DNA from: Ascidiella aspersa
Lineage: Eukaryota
Assembly: GCA_963924565.1 (NCBI GenBank)
Contig: OZ004613.1
Span: 10,788,001-10,852,000, forward strand
DNA length: 64,000 nt
Direction of reading: 5' to 3'
Position numbers and translations under genes: made by a program. Positions 26,356 to 38,300 of this stretch are shown here, piece after piece. The notes below the pieces were generated by a model. That model saw only the letters and a list, made by a program, of their open reading frames with translations. It ran no database searches and was not told the DNA's origin. Position 1 is the first letter of the stretch. Each line of letters starts with the position of its first letter.

Positions 26356-29300
26356 ATGGATGCAATAAATATTTCAAACTGGAATAACAAACAAGTTTTG
26401 GATTGGTTTAAAGGTAAGCTTAATCTTACAAATTACATTTTTTTATATTATAAAGTTCAGGGTTTCCTTAAATATGAAGGTCATCGAAAAAAATCAAATA
26501 TGGCTTTTTTTTTGCAGTGTATGGATGTAGGTAGTTAAAAGCTCAATTTTATGTTGAAATGGTTGCTTCACGTTGTCAGCCAATAACCTTATCTGAACTC
26601 ATTCTGGTGCACAACTGTATATCTCTTTAATTATTAAAGTCCAAAAGGGAAGCTTATTGCGCATTGGTATTAATGGGTTTTGTTGTAATTTAACTTCATT
26701 AAATTTCAATGAAGGCTTGTCTGCAGTGGGCTCTGTTGTCAAGCATTGGTTTTAATGTTGTAATTGATGTTACTTGTTTTTGTATTGTCTTTCTTGCTTA
26801 GATAGGATGGCATAAATAAACAAACAAACAAAAATTGGGATTTGACTTGAGTAATTCTCAGCTATTTGGGATTTTTAAAATTTGTATTGACAAAATTCAA
26901 GTTTAAAATTCAAGAAATAAAAAATCAATTTAGCTAATTTCTTGGTATTAACAAGCGAAACCATTTTCCCCGATAGACTTTTTAGGTACAACTTTCTAAA
27001 TAAGCGCCACAATCCTGTTGTAGGTTCTGAAATATTGGTGATAATTTTAATCCCTTTATTAAACCTAAGAGGTATATAATATAGTTAAATTTATTTTTAT
27101 CTTGGTTATTAAACTTTTTATTGACATAAACTTTGTTTAGGAAAAGTAATACATGCCTGGGATTAGTTTGTCTAATTAAGTTCATGATGACTTATGTATT
27201 GCTCTGTAAGTTACAAAAGTCCGTTGTACAAAATTGTGTTGATCACAGGGGCATTTCTTAAAAAAAACAAAAAACACAATTTTACTTCCAGAGTAAGAAA
27301 TTTAGTTTTTAGCTAAAATGCACAATGTTAGACCCCAGAGTACCCTGATCAAATATAGGCGGAACTGGCTGTGGTAGCCATTGTGAAACTGTTTATTTTG
27401 AGGTTTTACTTGAATTCATATAGGGTCCCATTTCTATCCACCTTTTCTCCCAAGTTTGTTAATTCACACCAAACAACGTTTTTAAAATCCATGCTTTTGC
27501 GAGTGGCACGTACGTTTGGCCGCAGCGAAACGTTTTGCCTCTCGCCATATGTTGTTTCGCACATGCCATTATGACGTCACATTCCAATGTGCGTCGATTT
27601 GCCGCATGAGTGCGCGCGGCTTTTCGGCTGTAGAGTCAGGCCGTTTTGGCCCTGAGAAGCCCAGCTCGGGTTACCGGTTACCCTCACGGGTTGTTGCATT
27701 TTGCCGCCTGCCTCGAAAAGCTAGCTGCGACGCTTTTGGCAGCTTTTTCAGTGGTTGGAGGAAACGTGTTTAATGCTTCAAGTTTCCATGTTTCGTGGAT
27801 ATGTTTATCTGCACCGCATGACGCTTTGAATTTGACCAGAGACTAGTATTCCGTTTCTAGTTTTTTTGCGTTGTGACGCTTGTATTAGGTCGTGCATACT
27901 TTCAGAAAAATATTGTCCGAATCAATACTGTGTAAAAACGTCGTTTTAAAATGAATATTTCCGTACCACATGGCACAGTAATATGCATAAATTAGTCAAA
28001 ATTTAGTAGAATTTATGTAACTCTTAAATTCATCTAATAGGCTAACACAGAAAATGCATTGCTGTCACCAGGACCTTACTGTAAATTCCGGTGCAGTTGA
28101 AAATTTACCACAAATTCGCTTTTCTCCTTTTTTGTACTTGTAATTGGCCCACGCAATATTCAGGTTTAGGCTTACGTCTACTACAGGGGTGGTCAACGCG
28201 GCTATTGTTTTAAGTTCATGCATAATTTATGCGGAAGACAATATTTCACCCTATAGACGCAAAATTATACGCATTTAAGCACCAAATATAGGTTCGTTCT
28301 TGCCAACCGTTAGATTTACCGTAAAGGTGCAATGGGACAGCAAAAAAACGCTTTATCAACAATGGCGCCAATATTTCTACTCGAGACCGCATTTTCTACT
28401 CGAGTTTTTCTACTCGAGACCGCAAGCCAAACAGGACAACCTGTCCCGCCGTTTGGTGCAAGAAATACGACGGAGCTGGCATAAAACAGCAGGCCTACTT
28501 CTGCGCTCCGTAATTGCTGTTTAGCGAGTGGGCGCAATATTGGGCCGCGCCTTTGGGATTGACCTACGGAGAACCTGGTGGAACTAATTATGACAGTCGA
28601 TCCTAATCTGGTCCTGCTTATGGTCACGCCGATCGCTAAAAGCCAAGCTGGTGCCTTGCCAAACTTTTAGACCCCGAATGTTTTTTTTGCATCTGACATA
28701 ATTGCGGTGTCCGTACGTGATGTTGATTCTGTCAGCATCCCCAAAACGTGTTAACACTGTAAGAAGAAGAATCTGTAGTCTTTAGCAAACGCGTTGCGTG
28801 GTTTTCTCTGTGGCATTTTGGAAGTGGCTTTAAACGACCCGAGAACTTTCGCAGCTGTACGAAAACCGCAAACGCGTTTCGGATCGCTGCCAAGTAATGC
28901 GTCGCTTTTTTTGCTGATTCGTTTCGCAAAGCTGTGGAGAGGGCAACTGCTAACTTCCTGGTGGCCAAATAGCCAAGAGGAATGTTGACAATAAGACAAG
29001 CTTTACTTTCTTTTTGTGCTAGAAATTGGTTCGAGTATTGACTTCTGAAACAGAATTTATGGGCCTTTTTTATTTTTGTAATAATTTTATTATTACTATG
29101 TAGATGTATTTTACTTTACTTTTACAAATTTATATAGAAAAATCCAACGTTTTTTTTTCAGTCGTACCATTTTTTCCTATTTTGAAGTGATAAAACTAGG
29201 ACTTGGTGCTTCTAAATAGGGATTCTTAAACTTGGGTCCGTTGACCCCTGTTGGGTACGTTGATTGGTTTTGGTGGTCCTTGAAGGGCATATGGAAATAT

Positions 29301-32300
29301 TTCTGTATAATTAAAAACTGGAATACATTTTTAACAGAAAAAATTAAAAGAAAAAAAAACACTTTAAAGCCTTTTTCTTAAAGTATTTATACTATCACTT
29401 TTAATTTGCGCATGTATTTTCTACTCTTTTAATAACGACATCTTTGCAAAATGTCATACCAACCCTGGTCCACACGAATCAACCGTTTTTAATGGTTCGA
29501 GTTAAAACAATTTTTAGTAACCCTTGTCTAAATCGACACCGAAAATAGGCGCAATTTAAAATTTAAAGTACCATCAAAGTTAGGCTGCAAGTGTAAATTA
29601 CGTCGTAGGTGGCCTGTTGCGAAGCCAATCTTGGTGATACAACAACAGCACATTAACAGCCACCGCAAAATGTGGCCTGCAGTGTCGTAATGTCATTTTG
29701 CGGTTATGTATTTTCATCACGCGTTTCGTACAACGAATTGCTATTCCCTGGTTGACAACTTTAGCGTTTTTGACGTCGTTAGATGGAAGCCTTGTATGAT
29801 AAGTACGCAGTGGTGGTGATTTGCGTTAATTTATGTTGACTTTCTGCTCGTAAATGAGGAAATTTTCCCGATAAATTATCGGCTTAACAAAAATAAATGG
29901 CATATCTCACCAGTCACCAGTAACGGAACTGACTTAGGATTACAGCCGTGTTTCTCAACACATGGGTATTTTTAGATCCCATTTTTTCGCCTGTTAAATT
30001 AGTTTGGTCGCCCACTGCAGTAGTTCACTTGGTTAGATTTGTAGAGATTTATTCTGAGCAAAATTAATCTAAAATTTAAGAAACGGCCCGAAGAAGTACG
30101 ACGAAGACGTGACTGATATAAATTAGAATCAAATCTAATTATTGCTGTGGTATTCTTATTTTTCCTTGAAATTTCAGCCTACAAAAAAGCTAGCTAAGTA
30201 AATTGGGTCGCCAAAGCGTCGCTGTTATTCTTACACTTAGTATTTGCGTCGCCGCTAAAAAAAGGTTGAGAAACACTGTTTTAATAAGGACACCGAAAAT
30301 TTAAAACCACCATCTCAAAGTTACTTGATACGTCATTTTACCCTATATTTAAAGGTTTGGCTTAACATTTTTTTTTGTGTAAATCAAAACAAATTTCGAG
30401 CTCTGCGCACCCGTCTCTTAGATAGGAAAATAGGTGACGCCTGTAAATTGTCCGCTCTTATACTGTCGTCATTTTCGCCTTGTATAAACATCGCCGACCG
30501 GCTCTGTCTCGTAGCTTCTGTTTTGATTGCGGCAACCTGCCGACGTTAAACTACTCGCTTACTATTTCCCTTCGCCGGTTTAACTGCTTCTTAAGTTCTG
30601 CGCTATATTAAGACTCGCTCGTGGTGTGTAGTTGTAAAAGCCTGGTTTTGGCGAATTCAGCGAACTGTTAAATTCCGAGATGTGTGATCTCTGGAGACTC
30701 GCAGCTTACCAAAGCCTTGCAAGCCAATTTTACCAAGAGATTCGCGTTAAAGAATTTCTTTTACAAGCAGTGATCATGATTTATGATAGTTTACACACGA
30801 ACTTTTTAAGGATGTCCACCTAATGGCTAATCGGTGATCCCAAACCAAGGTTTATCAATCTTCGACGCAATTTTTTTTGTTTGTTCCTCTACTTCCGTAT
30901 CAGTTCAAGTATATTTTACCCAAATAAGTAGCTAATTTGTTGTATATTGGTGATTCTGTAATCTCCGTGTAATGTAACGATGTCCAAAACTTAAAATTTT
31001 AATCCGATACCGTTACCCGATATTTTGGACAAAAAGTATCGCGATTCGATACTAAATGACGTCATTACTGTGCTGAAATCAGCAAAATAATGATGTTAAA
31101 ATGTTTAAAGGTATTTTTTTTCGGTTATTACGCCCAAATTTGCTTAAGCGGCAATAAATTTAGTTACCTCCTGTTGTTAACCTACTATGTAAGTCCTACT
31201 ATTAAGTCGCTGCGTTATATCATAGGATAAATTCTTGTATTATTTTGGTATCTGATCGGCACCGATACCATCATAGACCCTACGAAGGCTGAAACAAGAC
31301 TTGGTGTATCGGCTCCAATCCTAAATGATCCAACAACATTAATGCAATTTACATACAACTCGCTTTCAGAGGTCATATTTACTGGCGGCGTTCCACTCTC
31401 ATACGCGCCTCTCTATTTTCTTTATGCAAGGCACGAACGTCACGAGAAACGACCTCGAGTGATGCAAACTCATAGCTGTCGGATTGTCGTTGATCCGTCG
31501 CAAACTTGAACTTGACAACTTGCGCCGTTTGACCTCTTGCGACGTGAAGTGCGCTCGGATCGCTTGTGTCACGTGACCTGTATTGCTGTCAGTCCTTAGC
31601 TTTGACCGCGTCTGTTCCACTTGTAACTCTATACTTCAGAGTTGGGACCGCGTTACCGACGTTAAGTAAAATAAATTCTTATCGCGATTTAAGCGTTCTT
31701 GGTCGCATTTCAATCTGACTGCTTTTAGAAATGTGTACGAAACTTGCTGTTTCTGTTTTTCCCCTTTCTTTTTGCCAAATGAAATTGCCTAGTTGTTTAT
31801 TAGTTGACACCATCTAACTACTATCTAACTGTCAAGATACAAGTGTTAACCTTTATTTAGAGCACCTATGCCTTTTCATTAAATCTCTTAGGGAAGTTAT
31901 ACTTCCTGTTGCAAGGGCTGTTAAGCCCTGGCCCTTGGCATTTTAACGTATACTTATATTATGAAGAGTTACTGTATATTCCAGTAAACCTTTAGATGGG
32001 TTTCAAATGTGGTTACCGACATACTTTTGATTTGTTATTGTACCTAATTGGTTACTTTTGCCAAATATGAAAGTCACTTGGTTTGGTCACACAAGTAATT
32101 AGTAATAAAACAAAATATTTTTTGCTTTTCGAAACTACGGGGAATTTAATAAGACGGTGGAATGTTGACAAAGAGCACCGACCCGTCCCAGAATATATCC
32201 TGTTATACAAAAAAGCCCCTCACCATCGCATATTTTACACTGTAAACTGTGTCCCTCTTAAACCCACAGTTACAAGATCACGCCCCTCTCAAATGTTCGA

Positions 32301-35300
32301 CCCCGAAAATTCCCTTTAAGGCTTGTTGCCCGCCCAAGCACCCGTGACCCTGCTGTCTAAGCGGGTAACTGTCTGTGGGTGGATCGGAAGCGATAGCCGG
32401 GCCCAACGCCAGCACCCGGAGACATCATACCGATTTATCACGTCCCAATGGACACGTCGGTACCCCGGCATTCCTGGCAACGTAACGGTTTGCTTCGTCT
32501 TACAAACTGTTATAGATCAATTGTTTAGTTTGGGATGTTTTTAGTTGGTTTGTAGTGACCGCGATTTGGCACTCCGAGAATACACAGTAACGTTTTAGTG
32601 TAATTATGTCTGGGGTAAAGCTGCACATGTCAGATTACATGGAACAGGAAAACAGTTTAACTTTTTTGGAAATGCGATTTTTTTGCTGTGCGGTGCAAGT
32701 TGTTGATTTCTAAATTATTTGCGTTTTTAGTCATCCTTTAAGTTTAAATGTTGTATCAGTAATTAGGGATGTTCGACAGTTCGTAGACTATTATTCCGAA
32801 GCTTTGTATGTGTATTAACAACAGAATCTGGCCCTCCAACAGAACACATAGTGCCGACGATAAAAATTCTAAAATTTATTAATAAAAGCTTGAGAAGCGT
32901 ACCGCTTCGAACAAAAATCAGTCAGCAAAATCTAAAACTTTAATACAAATATACATTTCGCCATATAAATGGCATCATCAGTTTGTCTGTACAAATAAAT
33001 AGTAAAAAATTAAAATATTAAAATGTAAATGTAAAATAAATTAATAAAATACATCCAAGATGAACAAAGACAAAGACAAAGACAGTCTGCGTATAAACCC
33101 CAACCACTAAAAACAAAAGCAAAAGGAGCATGCGATACGTGTAGCGGCCGCAGAAAGCCACCGATAAAAACACGGCCCTGAGGGAAGCGGTATGAGAAAC
33201 CACAGTTTGACAAGAAAACCACAGTTTGACAAGAAAACGGATATGGCTCACATTCCGAAAATGGAACGGCACAACGCACAACGAAAACACAAATCCGCAA
33301 AAATATATATAAAAAAAATTATATATAAAAGTCTACCGAATTTGGGGTAATATCATTTTTTGAATGTTAATTGAGGCTTTTGTAAGTTTGAGCCATTTAG
33401 CCTCACATTCATCTAGCTTGCTGGTGTCTGGCTCTTCAACGAAAATGACCGTAAAACATTCGGCAATATGCGGATGTTTCTTTAACTTCTCGCCACGGTA
33501 GGTTGCGTAGTGGTGAAGCAGCGCTGCGTTGTCGTATGTTATTGCTGGGTTAAATGTATTCCAGGTCGCTCGGTGTGCGTTCCACCTAACAGAAAACCTG
33601 TTCTTGGTTTGACCGACGTATAGGGCAGAGCAGATGTTACACGTTGCCACGTGAATTCCGTGGTTTCTACAATTAAGGCTTTGCCGGAGCGCTATGGTCT
33701 TACCTGCAGCCCTGAGTTTACTCGATTCACCAACCATCCCTTTCCCATGGTGTCCCCCATGGTGACCGCAGAGTGCGCATTTGCCGCACGGCGTTGACAA
33801 ACCGACTGCATTGCCAAAGGTGTGCGCAAGTTGTCGGTAGTTAGTAAGAAGGTTACCGAGTGTATGAGGCCTTTTGTATACTATTTTAACTCGTGGTTGA
33901 AGCGCCTTTTCTTTGTTTGAGTGCCTGAGTAGATGAGCGAATGGAGTAGCCCATGCGACAACACGGTCTTTCGTCTTTTCTTTAGTGTGTCGGAGTCTCT
34001 CGGTCCACGATTTAGCCTCATTAAAGTTGTAATCCGTGAGGCCAGCAGGAAAACAGGACTTCCTGCATTTTATCTTCAGTTGCTCCAGACTTCGGTGGTA
34101 GTCCTTATCGGATTCATTAAGCCTCCTGAGGCGGCTTGCTTCACCCAACACAATAGATTTGTAAATATGTAATGGATGGTAAGAGGAACCATGCAAAATA
34201 TTTTTTTTTGCTGTGATCTTAACGTTGTCCCGAGTTGTGAATCCTAGTGAAGCCGTCTTAGAGTGAGCGTGAAGCACATCGAGAAATTCAACGTCGTATT
34301 TAGGGTAATCCGAACAAAAAACCCGAAATGTTACTTGCAGTCCCTCGTTGGAGAATGCTGACAAAAGCGCAGATCTAATTCTTTGCGTGGTATTGACCCC
34401 GATGGATATGAAAATGATGTCATCCATAAAACGCTAAAAGATTTGAGCCGTGCCTAACGTGTCTGCGATCGATCCAACGATGAAGTGCATGGCAATGTTG
34501 GCTATTGAGACGGAATGATTGTCGCCTGTTATAATACCCTCTTTCTGACGATAAAAACTTCCGTCATACTGGACAATAACATTGTCCATCGTGAACAGTG
34601 TAAAATCCAGGAGACATTTACAGCCCACAGATTTTTTACAAATGACGTCATTACTGTGACTAATAACTAATTATTAAATAAGTAAGAAATACTTTTTTTC
34701 ATAGCATAGAAAACCTTGTGTTAATTGGGTAAATAACTAAATCATTTTTGTAAAGGTCCGACATTAATACAGTATTGGTGGTATGATCTGTCAATAGAAA
34801 TATTTTTTCATTAGGCAAAAACCGCTATATGTCATTGTGTAACGAGTGATTTCACTAAATATTGAAACTTGAACCTTTTGCTACGAAACCGAAGTTCGTT
34901 CTGTCCGCAACTACAGCTTTGGCCCATTACCCGGTATGCAAAAAATGTTTTTTTTCGTAAGCACGAATTGAAAAGAAAGATGGAACACAGAAAACAATTA
35001 CCAAGCAATGCGTTCACGTTCTATTTAAAGCGCTTGTTTTGGAATTTCGATGGGAAAGAATGTGGTTGTTTACAGTCTATCGACATGAGGTAGTGTAGGG
35101 TTACCCAATAATTAGTTGTCCAGCCTTCCGTTGATTGACGTCCCGTCTCCACAGCCCAGGTTATATCATGCATACGACTAGACTGTGAGTTTCCATAAGG
35201 CTGAATTTACTTTGTTGTTGGAAATGAGGGTTTGGAGTTTCACAAATCTTTTTAAAGCACGTTTAAAGCGTTGAAAATCAATAAACGTTACTAGCTATAC

Positions 35301-38300
35301 TTATTTAGTATTGCAGTATGTTAGCACAAATATTCTATTTATCGGGAAACGTTTCACCTCATTGTTCTAATGTGTATCTCGTATTGCAAAAACGGATTTT
35401 TTCTTCGTTTAAGGTGGGCGGTTCTCACATTGTATGCTGGAGAGATTCTTAAGCATTTGATGATTTTTTTCATTTTAAAAACCAACGTATTACAAATAGC
35501 CAGGCATGTAATTAACCTACAATTAAATACTTATAAGGTTAAGGTATCTACCCATCCAATCAATTAAAAGTACATAGGCCAGTCATGTTATTGTAAAAAG
35601 TGTGCGTGTTTTCATTTCGTAGAAAATTCGGATTAAATTAATTGTTTTGACTCGAAAATTAAATTTTTGGTAGTAGCTGGCCAAAAACTATTGCAAAAGT
35701 AAAAAAAAAGTTTGATAAAAGTGTGCTGCAATGTAAAAAAAAATTAAGCACTTGCCATTTTTTAGGGCCGCGCTCTACAAAATTAAGCACTTGCCAAGCG
35801 AAACGAAAAATTCGGCCAATTGGGCCCGAAAAAGCTATAATTATAGTGATAGCTTCTGTCGCACACTAATGCGTTTTTTGGCCGTGAATAAATGCACTTT
35901 CGCTGTTTCGCGCCGACGTTCGACGATAGAGTGTAATTGCCACCATCGGCTGACGAAAAATGGCCAACTGAAGCCGGTCTGGCAGCTGTTAAATTATTTC
36001 GCTCAGAAATGATTTTCTTGTCAAATCGATAGATCGTAACGAAAGTTGACACCCTTTCGTTTGCGGATTTTTTTTGAAATTTGTGCGCCATAGGGGTATA
36101 GTAAATGGGTTCCTGAAACGAGTTCATTAGGCCAGGAATTTAAAACCTGAGGGTCAACAAGAAATTTATATGCGCAAAACCAGTTTTTAGGATTGTGGTA
36201 AATCGACTGTGTTTTACCAAAAAATGTTACTGTGTTTGTTTTAATTAATCATTTTTTTAAATTGTGATATCCACCCAGTAGTGGAAACGTCCCACGCATT
36301 ATATTTAACAAATAATACTGAAGCAGCCAACAAGAAATTAAACTGCTTCGCACTCTGAGACTTGTAGAAAACTCTGGGCGCTGGTCTATAATCCTACCAC
36401 ATTGATTTTAAGACTAACGAAACAAGGTGTTAATGTTGAAATTGCAAGGAAGGTATAAATATGTCAAAAATGTAAATTAATACTTGACCCACCCCAACCC
36501 GAACCCAAACTCTCACCTTAAATATTGTTAGCAATATAAACCCCCGAACAAAAATGTGATAGGATTCTAGACGAGCGCCAAACGCTGTTCGAAGTTGGGT
36601 TAGACTCGAATTTATCGGATTCGATTCCAAACTGTTTGCACAGTAATCCAAGGCTTGCCATTTGTTTGATTTATATAGTGCGCACGAAAAATTCACGGCA
36701 GTTCATTCCAGTCAATGATTAAAAGACACACTTTCTTATCGGCGAAGATCTAAAGGCAGAAAGCTTAGTTGAAAGACTGGAAAAACGTTTGTTTCAATTT
36801 ATTAAACGAAAATCACCCAAATTTCTGTTACTTACTAATTTAACCTTTTGTGACAATACTCCTGTGCAAAATAACTTTGAATCATCTCCAACTGTGCAAT
36901 TTTATTCCGTTGGTTCAGTTGTGTATTGCTTTTAAATCCACTTTAAGAGTTTTTTTTAAAAGGTGTTTTTATTAAAAGGTGTTTTGAAAGGTTGTTCTAA
37001 AGCAGGCCTGCGCAACATACGGATAAGGTTGACCTTTTCTGCCGGTAATTTTATTTTTTCCCGCTTTGTATCTTGTATTGAACGATATTACGTTGCAAAT
37101 AATGTGCTGTTGTGGCACTTGTTTGTACCACTTAAAGTTTTGCAGGCGCGTGGTAAAGATCAAACTCAAAACGCATAAACTAAAAACCCATGTCTGGAAC
37201 TTAAAAATAGGGCTAGCACAATATTCGTAATAGCATTTCGACGACGCCGATGTTGCATGTTGCGTGAGAATCACGTTCTGTCCTATCTCCCATACACTAG
37301 AAGCAAAGTCAATATTTCGCTATCACCTTCTTATGTCTTAGACCAGAGTTACATCCTTGTACCCCGGTGCGTTAACCCTTGGAATCCGGATACCAACTCC
37401 TCTCTACGAGAATGAGTGCTATTGATTTTACCGTTTAAACTCATTAAATGCGCTCAGTAATTGATGATGTCGTTGGTGTGTCCTAATTATATGCATCTTC
37501 TGAGACATTAACAAACGTTAAATTTTTTTTCTGATAATATGCAGTTATAGAATGGTATAACTGCTGTCGTAGAATGGTATAACTGCTGTCATAGAATGGT
37601 ATAACTGCTGACGCAGATAAGGTGTTTTTTGGCTACAGATCCTTTCTATCACCAAAGAGCATTTTCTCTTATTTGCATTAAGACATATTGATTTTTGTAT
37701 GTGGTTCAAGGTTTAACATATATAGGCCTACTTGTTAGTGCCTTACTGTTTGTCGGTTAGCGCCACGTAATTACGTATATTCTAGATAGAAACTAAACTC
37801 CGTCTGTTGCTTTTCTCTAATACAATATAATGTTTCCCAAAGAGATGGTATATATACCCGGGGAAGTTAGTCATGAAAAAGGATGTTTTGAAAACGTTTT
37901 TCAACTTTGGCCTAAGCGTAACACTTATTTGAGTAAACCAAATCCGGGTCGGATTTTATTCGCGTTATGCGGCTTTTTATGCACTTTTCTTCTGCTATGG
38001 CAGTACCTCAAACACTTTAAAGTTTTTAGAAGCTCGAAAAATTTAGGTCGAATAAAACTGTCCTTGTTACTTTTCGAAGCGGTACTACTAGCACACAACG
38101 GATAAATCGGGGGCAAACTGGCAGGTACTAACTCATGCAAACATGATACGGCTGGATTAATTTGGCCTGCAGTTAAAAGCAAAAAAGGGTCGCACTTGGC
38201 CAGTTCGTAAACGATTTACAAAAAAAGCTGTAGAAAATTGGGATAAATTCGAGATATGACTCACCCGGGATAATTAACACAGCGCGTTTTTCGCCACTTC

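Larger units (their letters stand above)
32900..34628 (-). mobile_element. Penelope-like retroelement (PLE), 5'-truncated, antisense in CNK intron 1
   Basis: One reading frame 34628-33333: RT motifs FYRQKEGIITG..SIAN and RFMDD, thumb region (VEFLDV..LHGSSYHP..GEASRLRRLN), CxxCxxC linker (PCGKCALC), and C-terminal GIY-YIG endonuclease (GIH..CNIC..YVGQT..RF..RW..H..E..W..SIN). AT-rich 3' region with a hammerhead ribozyme. The lower boundary is approximate. Confidence 0.92.

Noticed and set aside
28520-28660. RLWD word suggestive of a MADF/Harbinger fragment
   Set aside because: Immediately followed by a stop, with no other conserved Trp positions.
33010-33300. Two overlapping ~90-aa ORFs downstream of the PLE ORF
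   Set aside because: Low-complexity T-rich 3' untranslated sequence containing a 20-bp duplication; no protein features.
34434-34436. Selenocysteine recoding in the PLE
   Set aside because: The codon is TAG, not TGA, is not at a Cys position, and I could not identify a SECIS.
37548-37610. Possible CRISPR-like repeat
   Set aside because: Head-to-tail repeats without unique spacers, in eukaryotic intron DNA with no cas genes.
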